DNA of 64,000 nucleotides, from NCBI GenBank assembly GCA_963708025.1, contig CAVPSB010000007.1, forward strand, positions 32,001 to 96,000, in the 5' to 3' direction. This document shows positions 51,436 to 60,418 of the stretch, in pieces. The translations under genes were made by a program, and so were the position numbers. The notes beneath the pieces were generated by a model, which worked only from the letters and a program-made list of their open reading frames with translations, searched no databases and was not told the DNA's origin. Numbering within the stretch: the stretch's first letter is position 1; each line of letters begins with the position of its first letter. The stretch is from an uncultured Candidatus Rokubacteria bacterium. GTDB taxonomy: Bacteria; Methylomirabilota; Methylomirabilia; Rokubacteriales; DASRDR01.

Positions 51436-52095
51436 TCATGACGCGGTCGGCGGGGCCGCCCGGAGGAGCGCCAGCACCTCTTCGGGCGTGTCGGCCACTC
51501 TTAGAATAGCCAGCTCCTCGGCGGTGATCCGACCCTGGGCCACGACCACGTCCCGCAGCCAGTCCAGGAGCCCCTGCCAGTAGGTCGAGTCCAGCAGGAT
51601 CACCGGGAACGGTCGGATCCGGTGGGTCTGCACCAGCGTGGTCGCCTCGAACAGCTCGTCCAGCGTGCCGAAGCCGCCGGGAGCGATCACGAAGCCCACC
51701 GCGTACTTGACGAACATCACCTTCCGCACGAAGAAGTAGCGGAAGTTGAGCAGCTTGCCCAGGTAGGGATTGGGCGCCTGCTCCTGCGGGAGGTCGATGT
51801 TGAGCCCGATGGAAAGCCCCCCGGCCTCCATGGCGCCCTTGTTGGCGGCTTCCATGATGCCGGGCCCCCCGCCGGTCAGCACGGCGAAACCGCTCTCGGC
51901 CAGCCGCCGGGCCGTCTTCTCGGCGAGGGCGTAGGCCGGATCCTCGGGTGTGGCGCGCGAGGAGCCGAAGAAGGCGACGGCTGGCGGGATCTTGCCCAGC
52001 GCGGTGAAGCCGGCCAGCAGCTCGTCGACGATCTTGAAGATACGCCACGGGTCTTCCGTGTCGGCCTGGATCGGGCTGGGCTGGAGCTCGGGCAC
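51436..52095 (-). CDS. LOG-family nucleotide phosphoribohydrolase
   Basis: FFGSSR, TGGGPGIMEAANKG, PGGFGTLDE. Confidence 0.92.
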   Translation of the reverse strand: MPELQPSPIQADTEDPWRIFKIVDELLAGFTALGKIPPAVAFFGSSRATPEDPAYALAEKTARRLAESGFAVLTGGGPGIMEAANKGAMEAGGLSIGLNIDLPQEQAPNPYLGKLLNFRYFFVRKVMFVKYAVGFVIAPGGFGTLDELFEATTLVQTHRIRPFPVILLDSTYWQGLLDWLRDVVVAQGRITAEELAILRVADTPEEVLALLRAAPPTAS

Positions 52096-52110
52096 GGAGA
52101 GGGCGCGCCG

Positions 52111-52707
52111 CTAGGCCGCGATCGCCCGCCGGTACTCGGCGAGCGACACCGCGCCGACGATCCGGCGCCCGGTCTCCAGGATGACGGTCGGGATGGCGCG
52201 GACCCCGTGTTCGCGCACCGCCGTCTCGTAGTCGTCGAGGACGGCCGGCCGGCCCTTGCCGGTCTCGTAGTCGTCGAGGAAGCGCGCGACGTCCAGCCCC
52301 GGCACGGTCCGGACGACCCCGGCCACCTCCTCGGGCACGCCGATGTTGACGCCCTCGCCGAAGAACGCCTGGTAGAGGCGCACGTGCAGGGCCTCGAAGA
52401 GGGCCTCGCCCTGGAGCAGCACGCACTTGGCCGCCTCGAGCGCCGGCATGCTGGAGGTCGGGAAATCCGGTCGCTCCCACATCCGGAAGGTGACCCCGGT
52501 GTCGGCGGCGAGCGCCTGGCAGCGCCGCCATCCTTCCTCCCGGTAGGTGCCCTTGAAGGTCACCGTCGGGTCGGGCGTGGGCCGGAGCGGGAACGCGCGC
52601 CAGTGGATCGCCAGGCGACCGCCCAGATCCGTCTGAACCTGCCGGAGGCGCACCGCCGCCGGGTAGCACCAGGGTCAGAGATAGTCGGCATACTCGATGA
52701 TTTCCAC
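52111..52707 (-). CDS. DsbA/FrnE-family thioredoxin-fold selenoprotein (UPWC)
   Basis: GTG-start MEIIEYADYL-TGA-PWCY in frame with the downstream ORF; cis-Pro GVRAIPT; SECIS-like hairpin. Confidence 0.82.
52638..52674 (-). promoter_or_regulatory. Candidate SECIS element
   Basis: CCGG-C-GGCG-GUG-CGCC-U-CCGG starting +13 after UGA. Confidence 0.6.
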
Positions 52708-52798
52708 GCGTCGATTGTAGCCGGCCGGCACCCCGCGGGCAAGAACAGACGCGCAGTGCTTGCGCCGGTGCCGGGCTTGTATTACACAAGAGAGGTCG

Positions 52799-53542
52799 AT
52801 GCGTCGGACGCTGCCCTCCTCCAAGGTCGAAGTCCGCGAGGTGATCTGGCGGGCGATGGAGGCGCGCGGCATCGCCCGCTTTCCCGGCACCAGCGGGCGG
52901 ATCCCGAACTTCGTCGGCGCCGAGCGGGCGGCCCTCCACCTCACCGGGCTCCGCGCCTGGCGCGACGCGCGCATCCTGAAGATCAACCCGGATGCGCCGC
53001 AGCTCCCGGTCCGCCGCATGGCGCTGCGCGACGGCAAGGTCGTGTACATGCCGGTGCCACGCCTGCGGGAGCTCGAGTGCTTCCTCGAGCTCGACCCGGC
53101 CCGGCTCGGCCGGCGCGCCGCCCAGGCCGCGTCCATCAAGGGTGCCGAGCGCTTCGGCCGGCCGGTCCGGCTCGAGGAGATGCCGGCCATCGATCTGATC
53201 GTCTGCGGCTCGGTGGCCGTGAACGGGAAGGGCGCCCGGGTGGGGAAGGGCGGCGGCTTCTCCGACCTCGAGTACGGCCTCCTGGTCGAGATGGGTGGGG
53301 TGACGGAGACGACGCTCATCGCCACGACGATCCACCCGCTCCAGATGGTGCCGCAAGCGATCGAGATGCTGCCCCACGACATCCCGGTGGACGTCGCGGT
53401 GACGACGGACGGACCGATCTTGCTCTCGCCGGCGTTCCCGCGCCCGCGGGGGATCTATCGCGAAGCCTTGACCGCCGAGAAGATCGCCGAGGTGCCGGCC
53501 TTGCAGCGGCTGTTGGCGCGCCGCCGAGCCGACGGAGGGTGA
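52799..53542 (+). CDS. 5-formyl-THF cyclo-ligase paralog (COG0212/MTHFSD-like)
   Basis: GRIPNFVGAE, KINPDAPQ, GARVGKGGGFSDLEY, HDIPVD. Confidence 0.82.
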   Translation: MRRTLPSSKVEVREVIWRAMEARGIARFPGTSGRIPNFVGAERAALHLTGLRAWRDARILKINPDAPQLPVRRMALRDGKVVYMPVPRLRELECFLELDPARLGRRAAQAASIKGAERFGRPVRLEEMPAIDLIVCGSVAVNGKGARVGKGGGFSDLEYGLLVEMGGVTETTLIATTIHPLQMVPQAIEMLPHDIPVDVAVTTDGPILLSPAFPRPRGIYREALTAEKIAEVPALQRLLARRRADGG

Positions 53543-53545
53543 AGC

Positions 53546-54523
53546 GTGATCTCTGCTGAATCATCCGAGCGAGAGGCTTCCCGGGCCACGATCGGGCGGC
53601 GAGTCGCGGCCACCGCGCTCGTCGTGGCGACCGTCGCGCTGGCCGCGGCGGCGGCCGCCCAGGGCACCTGGCGGACGGCGGCGCCGCTGCCGTCCAGCCG
53701 GACCGAGGTGACGGGCGCCGAGCTGGACGACCGGATCTACGTCATCGGCGGCTTCGGTGGTGGCGGTGAGGTCGTGGAGGCCTACGATCCGAAGACGGAT
53801 CGGTGGGAGCGACGCGCCCCGTTGCCGGTCCCCGTGCACCACGCCGCCGCGGTGGCGCTGGGCGGAAGCCTCTACGTCGTCGGCGGCTACTCAGGCATGG
53901 GCTGGAGCGTGCTCGACACGGTCTTCGAGTACACCCCCTCGACGGACCGCTGGCGCGAGCGGGCGAAGCTGCCGACCCCGCGCGGGGCACTGGCGGCGGC
54001 GGCGCTCGACGGCCGCATCTACGCGGTGGGCGGCGTGGGGCGGGACAGCCGGAACACCGGCGCCCTCGAGGTGCTCGACGTCGCGGCGAACCGCTGGGAG
54101 GCCCGCGCCCCCATGCCGACGCCGCGCGATCACCTGGCGACAGCGGCGCTGGACGGGAAGCTCCACGCCGTGGGCGGCCGGCGCGACGGCGACTACCGCG
54201 TCAACCTCGACGCCCACGAGGCTTACGACCCCTCCCGCAACGCCTGGAGCTCCCGCGCCGTGCTTCCCACCGCGCGCAGCGGCATCGCGGCCGCGGTCCT
54301 CGGGCGCCGCATCTTCGTCTTCGGCGGCGAGGGGCCGGGCGGGACGTTCCCCCAGGTCGAGGCCTACGAGTCCGCCGGGGACCGATGGCTCCCGATGAGC
54401 CCGATGCCGACGCCACGCCACGGCCTGGCCGCGGTGGCCCACGAGGGCCGGATCTACGTCATCTCGGGGGGACCGCGGCCCGGAGGGTCCTACAGCTCGG
54501 CGAACGAGGTGTTCACCCCCTAA
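53546..54523 (+). CDS. Secreted Kelch-repeat beta-propeller protein
   Basis: Six repeats of IYVIGG...YDP...W; signal peptide. Confidence 0.9.
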   Translation: MISAESSEREASRATIGRRVAATALVVATVALAAAAAAQGTWRTAAPLPSSRTEVTGAELDDRIYVIGGFGGGGEVVEAYDPKTDRWERRAPLPVPVHHAAAVALGGSLYVVGGYSGMGWSVLDTVFEYTPSTDRWRERAKLPTPRGALAAAALDGRIYAVGGVGRDSRNTGALEVLDVAANRWEARAPMPTPRDHLATAALDGKLHAVGGRRDGDYRVNLDAHEAYDPSRNAWSSRAVLPTARSGIAAAVLGRRIFVFGGEGPGGTFPQVEAYESAGDRWLPMSPMPTPRHGLAAVAHEGRIYVISGGPRPGGSYSSANEVFTP

Positions 54524-54735
54524 CGGGCGGGACCGATGAGCATCGCATGGCGTCGTCCTTCGGACGGCCTTCGGCCTTTGGGGTCGTCGCCGATCCTCGG
54601 AGTACTCGGAGGACGCATGCGGTCGGCGACTCCCTGCGTCGGTTGGACAGCCTTCGGCCTGGGGGCGCTGCTCGCTCCTCGGCCCCGCCTCCAAGAACCG
54701 ACTCCTCCGCCATGGTCATGACGTCCCACGGACTC
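54524..54735 (+). repeat. Family A repeat, copy A5
   Basis: CCGATGAGC...GTCGCCGATCCTCGG...GCTGCTCGCTCCTCGGCCCCGCC; CTAA left, CTAG right. Confidence 0.88.
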
Positions 54736-54847
54736 TAGTGCCGGTGGAGGGGGCGCCGGCCCCTTTCTGACCATCCCCTCTGGTCACATCCTGGGCGCCC
54801 CTCACTCGCCTCGCCGGGTTCCCAAGGGCTGGCGAGCAGTTGGAGCC

Positions 54848-54863
54848 TGGCGCCCGGCTTGCA
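54848..54863 (+). promoter_or_regulatory. Candidate sigma54 -24/-12 promoter
   Basis: TGGCGC-CCGGC-TTGCA, near consensus. Confidence 0.6.
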
Positions 54864-54877
54864 CTCGGAATCGCTCG

Positions 54878-55417
54878 ATGCGTAGATTCGGTTGGTCCTG
54901 CGGCCTGCTGGCGAGCATCGTCTTCGGACCGGTCCTCTTCGCCGCGGTCAGGCTGGTCGCCCTGCTGGGGGCGCTGCCCGCGTGGCTGGCTCACCGGCGG
55001 GCTCGTGTCCTGGTCGTGGCCGAGTTCGCCCCCTACGCCGAGCTGCTCTTCCGCAAGCTGCGCCGTGCCAGCTATCGCCTGGAGAGCTGCCACCCGCGGG
55101 ACGCGCTCGACGCGGTGGCGAGCGGCAAGTACGGGGTCGTCGTGAGCGGCCTCGCCATGCCCTCCCTGACCGGGGTGGCGCTGCTCGGCGCGGTGGCCGG
55201 CTCCTGCCCGCGAACCCAGGTGATCCTCCTGACCAGCGATCCCGCCAGCGAGGCCGCCGCGCGCGCCCTCCGCGCCGGGGCCCTGGTGGTCCTGGACATG
55301 CGGGCCGTCGACGAGCTGGGGTACTGGGTGAGCGAGGCGTTCGCCCGGGTGCTCGCCCCGCCGTCCGCGCGCCGCCCGATCGCGCTGCTTCCGGGCGCGC
55401 GCGCCCGCCCGGCCTGA
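54878..55417 (+). CDS. Membrane-anchored degenerate receiver-domain protein
   Basis: N-terminal hydrophobic segment; RVLVVAE...VVVSGLAMPSLTGVALL...VILLTS...ALRAGA. Confidence 0.6.
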   Translation: MRRFGWSCGLLASIVFGPVLFAAVRLVALLGALPAWLAHRRARVLVVAEFAPYAELLFRKLRRASYRLESCHPRDALDAVASGKYGVVVSGLAMPSLTGVALLGAVAGSCPRTQVILLTSDPASEAAARALRAGALVVLDMRAVDELGYWVSEAFARVLAPPSARRPIALLPGARARPA

Positions 55418-55439
55418 TCCCGGTCTCCGCCGGGGGCGT

Positions 55440-56492
55440 CTACCAGGGGCGGGTCTCGCCGGCCTTCGGTATCCATATCCGCTCGGCTTCGATCCCGAGG
55501 CGACGCGCCTCGGCCTCGGCTCGCCGCGCCGGTTCCTCGATCGGCTCCTCGGTCAGATCGAACGTGCCCCAGTGGACCCCCATGAACCGCCGCCCGCCCA
55601 CCTCCGCGAAGAGGCGCAACGCCTCCTCCGGCGTCGTGTGACTCAGCCGCATCATCTCGGCCGGCTGGTAGGCGCCGATGGGGATGGCGGCCAGATCGAA
55701 GGGCCCCAGCCGCTGCCCGATCTCGCCGAGGCCCTCCCAGTAGCCGGTGTCGCCGGCAAAATAGAGCCGCCTCGACGGCCCCGCCACGACCCACCCGCCC
55801 CAGAGCCGGCGGTTCTCGTCCCACAGGCTGCGGGCGCCCCAGTGCTGGGCGGGGACGAAGGTCAGCGTGAGGCCCCCGAGGGTCCGGCTCTCCCACCAGT
55901 CCAGCTCCTCGACCTCCGTGATGCCGAGCCCCGCGAACCACGTCTTGAAGCCGAGGGGGACCAGAAAGAGCGGGCGGTGGGCGGCGGCGAGCCGCCGGAC
56001 GGTGGGGACGTCGAGGTGGTCGTAGTGGTCGTGAGAGATCACGACGACGTGGATCGCCGGCAGATCCTCGAGCCGGAGCCCGGGAGCCGTCACCCGCCGG
56101 GGTCCGGCCCAGGAGAGCGGGCTCGCCCGATCCGACCACTGAGGGTCGGTGAGCAGGTTCAGCCCGTCGAACTGGACGAGGAGGGTCGCGTGCCCGATCC
56201 AGGTGACCGTCGCCTGTCCCCGGTTGTCGCGCAGCGCGCGGCCGTCGTTGTCCACCCGGGGCAGGCTGGCCGACCGGGGCTGGAAGGCCAGCGCCCAGAA
56301 GCGCCGCGTGAGGAAGCGGGCGCGCACCCAGGAGCTCGGCCGGCTGTACGCGGGATTGAGGTTGCGGAAGCCGTGCTCCAGGTGGTGGGCGGGGGCACCC
56401 TCCTTGGGCCCGCCGGGGCCGGCGCAGCCAGCCACCAGGCCAGCCACCGGGAGTGTCAGGCCCAGGAGGAACGAGGGGAGCCGCCGGGTCAC
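55440..56492 (-). CDS. MBL-fold metallohydrolase lipoprotein (NAPE-PLD/RomA-like)
   Basis: TWIGHAT, ISHDHYDHLD, YFAGDTGY, VHWGTF. Confidence 0.9.
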   Translation of the reverse strand: MTRRLPSFLLGLTLPVAGLVAGCAGPGGPKEGAPAHHLEHGFRNLNPAYSRPSSWVRARFLTRRFWALAFQPRSASLPRVDNDGRALRDNRGQATVTWIGHATLLVQFDGLNLLTDPQWSDRASPLSWAGPRRVTAPGLRLEDLPAIHVVVISHDHYDHLDVPTVRRLAAAHRPLFLVPLGFKTWFAGLGITEVEELDWWESRTLGGLTLTFVPAQHWGARSLWDENRRLWGGWVVAGPSRRLYFAGDTGYWEGLGEIGQRLGPFDLAAIPIGAYQPAEMMRLSHTTPEEALRLFAEVGGRRFMGVHWGTFDLTEEPIEEPARRAEAEARRLGIEAERIWIPKAGETRPW

Positions 56493-56559
56493 GCCATCGG
56501 ATTATACCGTCGCGACTCGCGATTGAACGCGGACCGGGCGGCCGGGTATAGTTGGGGCC

Positions 56560-57396
56560 GTGACTCGCCTCCGGTTCGTCGCGGCGCTCCTGGTGCTGGC
56601 GCTCGGGCCCTTCGCCCCGGCCGACCGGGCGGCGGGCGCCGACGACTTGCCCATCGTCGACACGCATCTCCACTACAGCCGGAACGCCTGGGCCCAGTAC
56701 GCGCCCGAGGCCGTGCTGGCGATTCTCGACCGCGCAGGCGTCCGGCGGGCGTTCGTGTCCAGCACCCCTGACGACGGAACGCTCCAGCTCCACCAGGCGG
56801 CGCCCGACCGCATCGTCCCGGTCCTCCGCCCGTACCGCGAGTCCGGGGACCTCGGAACCTGGCACGCGCACGCCGACGTGGTGGCCTACCTGGAGGAGCG
56901 CCTCCGCCGGGGCGTTCACCGCGGTATCGGCGAGTTCCACCTGTACGGTGACGACGCGCGATCCGTGGTGGTGCGCCAGGTCGCCGATCTCGCCCGGCAG
57001 CGCGGCCTGTTCCTCCACTGCCACTGCGACGCGGAGGCGGTGGAGATCCTCCTCGGGCTCGGCGCGGACCTGCGCGTCCTGTGGGCCCACGCCGGGATGT
57101 CCTCGGGGCCGGACGTCGTCGGGCGCCTGCTCGCCCGCCATTCGAATCTCTCCGTCGAGCTAGCCCTCCGCACCGACGTCGCGCCGGGTGGCCGACTCGA
57201 TCCGGACTGGCGGGCGCTCTTCCTCCAGTACCCGGACCGCTTCATGGTGGGGACCGACACCTGGACGCCGTCGCGCTGGAACGACGTGCCGGCCGCCCAG
57301 GACGCGGTGCGGGTGTGGCTGCGCCAGCTCCCACCCGACGTCGCGGCCCGGATCGCCCGGGAGAACGCCGAGCGCCTCGCCGCCGGCAAGCCTTGA
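56560..57396 (+). CDS. Secreted amidohydrolase-family protein
   Basis: Signal peptide; IVDTHLHY, GIGEFH, WAHAG, FMVGTD. Confidence 0.82.
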   Translation: MTRLRFVAALLVLALGPFAPADRAAGADDLPIVDTHLHYSRNAWAQYAPEAVLAILDRAGVRRAFVSSTPDDGTLQLHQAAPDRIVPVLRPYRESGDLGTWHAHADVVAYLEERLRRGVHRGIGEFHLYGDDARSVVVRQVADLARQRGLFLHCHCDAEAVEILLGLGADLRVLWAHAGMSSGPDVVGRLLARHSNLSVELALRTDVAPGGRLDPDWRALFLQYPDRFMVGTDTWTPSRWNDVPAAQDAVRVWLRQLPPDVAARIARENAERLAAGKP

Positions 57397-57646
57397 AAAC
57401 ATCGGGGGGGTCTTGGAAGATCCCCCCGAGGCTCCCCCTCGGAGGCCGCGGCCAAGCCGCGGCTCGAAGCGGAACGCCGCGGTCGCGCGGCCATAGGCAG
57501 TGGGTTGCGCGAGGCCGATGGGTGATCGGGAGCGCGGCGCCGGCGAGTTCTAAAGAGCGTGTGAAGCATTTGCGGGCCTTCCGGCTCCCCCTCCCCCTGG
57601 TGGGTGGGGGAGGGGGTTGGGGGGGGGGGAGGCGGGAGGCCCCGAA
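57397..57646 (+). repeat. Composite repeat: family C copy C3 (57397-57550), TAA, family B copy B7 (57554-57646)
   Basis: Direct similarity to the other C and B copies. Confidence 0.87.
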
Positions 57647-57656
57647 AGGACGGCCC

Positions 57657-58445
57657 ATGCTCCGCTACGCGGCGAACCTGACGATGCTGTTCAACGACGT
57701 GCCGTTCCTCGAGCGCTTCGAGCGGGCGGCGGCCGCCGGGTTCCGGGCGGTGGAGTTCCTCTTCGCCCACAACGTGGACCAGGCCGGCGTCGAGCGGGAG
57801 CTCCACCGCCACGACCTGGAGCTGGTGCTCTTCGATCCCGAGGCCGGCGATTTCCCGGCCGGCGACCGGGGCTACCTGTGCGATCCCGGGCGGACCGATC
57901 ACCTCCTGAAGACCATCGAGGAGGCCATCCTCACCGCCGGGCGGCTCGGTTGCCGGCGGCTGAACGTCCTGGCCGGCAACCGCATCGACGGGATCAGCGA
58001 CGCCGACATGCGCCGGACGGTGGTCGGGAACCTCAAGCGGGCGGCGCCGCTCGCCCGGGCGGCTGGCATCACGCTGCTGATCGAGGCGCTGAACACCTGG
58101 GAGAGCCCTCGGTATTTCCTCGACCACTCGCGGCTCGGACTGGACCTCGTCCGCGAGGTCGGTGAGCCGAACGTCCGCTTCCAGTACGACTGCTACCACC
58201 TCCAGCGTATGGAGGGGCAGCTCATCGACGGCCTGACCAAGAACCTCGAATGGATCGGGCACGTCCAGATCGCCGACGTCCCGGGCCGTCACGAGCCCGG
58301 CACCGGCGAGATCCACTATCCGAACGTTCTCGGGGCCCTCGAGGCGTCCGGCTACGCGGGCTACGTGGGCCTCGAGTACCGCCCCTCCGCCAAGACGGAG
58401 GACTCGCTGGCCTGGCTGCCGCTCGGCGCCCGCGGGCGGCGCTGA
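57657..58445 (+). CDS. hyi: Hydroxypyruvate isomerase family protein
   Basis: YAANLTMLF, GFRAVEF, QYDCYHLQ, HVQIADVPGRHEPGTGE. Confidence 0.88.
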   Translation: MLRYAANLTMLFNDVPFLERFERAAAAGFRAVEFLFAHNVDQAGVERELHRHDLELVLFDPEAGDFPAGDRGYLCDPGRTDHLLKTIEEAILTAGRLGCRRLNVLAGNRIDGISDADMRRTVVGNLKRAAPLARAAGITLLIEALNTWESPRYFLDHSRLGLDLVREVGEPNVRFQYDCYHLQRMEGQLIDGLTKNLEWIGHVQIADVPGRHEPGTGEIHYPNVLGALEASGYAGYVGLEYRPSAKTEDSLAWLPLGARGRR

Positions 58446-58473
58446 CGCCCCGCGCCGGGCCGGGCGCGGCTCC

Positions 58474-59292
58474 ATGACCGGCCTCCTCCGGGACATCTTC
58501 CGCGCGTTCTGGCGGAACGACGGCTTCTTCCTCGCCGCCGGCCTGTCCTTCTACGTGGTCATCTGCGTGGTGCCGTTCGTGCTGATCCTCATCGCGCTCG
58601 GCGGCTTCCTCCTCTCGGACGAAACCGTCATCGAGGAGGTCGTCACCCAGCTCATGGCGATCCTGCCGGTCTACCAGTCGGACGTGGAGCAGATCCTGAC
58701 CGGAGTGGCCAACGCTCGCCGCGTCTCCGGGCTCCTCGGCACCGCGATCCTGTTCGTCTTCGCCGCCCAGCTCTTCGCGGCCACCCGGTTCGTCCTGAAC
58801 CGCCTCTTCGGCATGCGGGGGCGCACCTTCCTGTGGGGGATGGTGTTCGATCTCCTCATGATCGTCTCCCTCATCGCGCTCTTTTTCGTGACCATGGGGA
58901 TCACGGCGGCGTTCGCCTGGATGCAGAGCCTGCTGGGCCTCTTCCGGCACGGCCGGCTGTTCGCGACGCTGTTCGCCTGGGCGGCGCTCTTCCTGGCCAT
59001 CGTCACCGACACCGCCCTGTTCGTGGTCCTCTACCGCTTCGTGCCGGCCCGGCGCATCCGCTGGTCCAGCGTCCTGGTCGGCGGGGTGACCACGGCCGTC
59101 CTGTGGGAGGTCGCCAAGCAGCTCTTCCGCATCTACATCGAGCGGGCCGGCGTCTACAGCGCGATGTACGGATCGATCGGCGTGAGCATCGCGCTGATCA
59201 TGTGGGTGTACTACTCGGCGAACGTCTTCGTGCTGGGCGCGGCCCTCATCCGGGTCCTGGAGGAGCGGCGGACGAAGCGCGTCGCGGTTTGA
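58474..59292 (+). CDS. YihY/BrkB-family membrane protein
   Basis: LAAGLSFY, LYRFVP, YGSIG, WVYYS. Confidence 0.88.
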   Translation: MTGLLRDIFRAFWRNDGFFLAAGLSFYVVICVVPFVLILIALGGFLLSDETVIEEVVTQLMAILPVYQSDVEQILTGVANARRVSGLLGTAILFVFAAQLFAATRFVLNRLFGMRGRTFLWGMVFDLLMIVSLIALFFVTMGITAAFAWMQSLLGLFRHGRLFATLFAWAALFLAIVTDTALFVVLYRFVPARRIRWSSVLVGGVTTAVLWEVAKQLFRIYIERAGVYSAMYGSIGVSIALIMWVYYSANVFVLGAALIRVLEERRTKRVAV

Positions 59293-59318
59293 CGGCCCGC
59301 TCGGGCGCTGCCTATAAT
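59289..59318 (+). promoter_or_regulatory. Sigma70-type promoter of selD
   Basis: TTGACG-18 nt-TATAAT. Confidence 0.65.
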
Positions 59319-59365
59319 CCGGCATCCCGACGCCCGTTGCCGGCTCGGGAGAGGGGGTGAGAGCC

Positions 59366-60409
59366 ATGGACGAGGCGATTCGCCTGACGACCCTGTCCCA
59401 CGGGGCCGGCTGAGCGTGCAAGCTCGGGCCCGAGGATCTGGCCCAGGTGCTGCGGCTGCTCCCGCCCGTCTCCGATCCGAACCTCCTGGTCGGGCCCGAG
59501 ACATGCGACGACGCCGCGGTCTACCGGCTCACCGACGACCTGGCCCTGGTGCTGACCGTGGACTACTTCACCCCGATCGTCGACGACCCCTACGCCTTCG
59601 GCCAGATCGCCGCCGCCAACTCGCTCTCCGACGTCTACGCCATGGGCGGGCGGCCGATCGCCATGCTCTCCATCGTCGGGTTCCCACGGGACAAGCTCCC
59701 GCTGGGCATCCTGGGCGAGATCCTGAAGGGCGGCGCCGAGAAGGCACGGGAAGCCGGGGTGAGCGTGGTCGGCGGGCACAGCATCGACGACGCCGAGCCC
59801 AAGGTCGGCTACGCGGTGGCCGGGCTCGTCCACCCGGCCCGGGTCTGGAAGAACGTGGGGGCCCGGCCGGGTGACGCCCTCGTGCTGACCAAGCCGCTCG
59901 GGACCGGCATCATCTCGACCGCGATCAAGCAGGCGAAGGCGGCCCCGGCCACGATCGAGGCGGCGGTGCGGACGATGGCGACCCTCAACCGGGCCGCTGC
60001 CGAGGCCATCGCCCAGGTCGAGGTCCACGCCGTCACCGACGTGACCGGGTTCGGCCTCCTCGGCCATCTTCGCGAGATGACCGGCGGCTCGGGGGTGCGC
60101 GCCCGCCTCGAGGCCTCGCGGGTCCCGCTGCTGCCCGACGTCGTCAGCCTCGCCCAGGCCGGCCTGGTGCCGGGCGGCACCCGGCGCAACCTGAAATCGG
60201 TGGCGGAGGTCGTTCGCTGGGATGCCGCCATCGCCGAGCCGCTCCGCGCCGTGATCGGCGATGCGCAGACCTCGGGCGGACTCCTGGTGGCGACCCCGGC
60301 AGCCGCCGCGCTCCTCCGCGCGCTCGAGACCGCGGGCGTGAGCGGGGCGGCCTGCATCGGCGAGATCGTCGCCGAGGATCCCGCGGGGACCATCGAAGTC
60401 GCAGTCTGA
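59366..60409 (+). CDS. selD: Selenophosphate synthetase, Sec-containing form
   Basis: MDEAIRLTTLSHGAG-TGA-ACKLGP; DDAAVY, VDYFTP, SDVYAMGG, TDVTGFGL, QTSGGLL. Confidence 0.93.
59423..59446 (+). promoter_or_regulatory. Candidate SECIS element of selD
   Basis: GGGCC-C-GA-GGA-UC-U-GGCCC starting +13 after the UGA at 59411-59413. Confidence 0.65.
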
Positions 60410-60418
60410 GGAGGCGCC

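Noticed and set aside
45693-60409. moeA/xdhC plus selD as a selenium-molybdenum hydroxylase locus
   Set aside because: The genes are 11 kb apart with unrelated genes between; no yqeB/yqeC or hydroxylase subunits; Sec use explains selD
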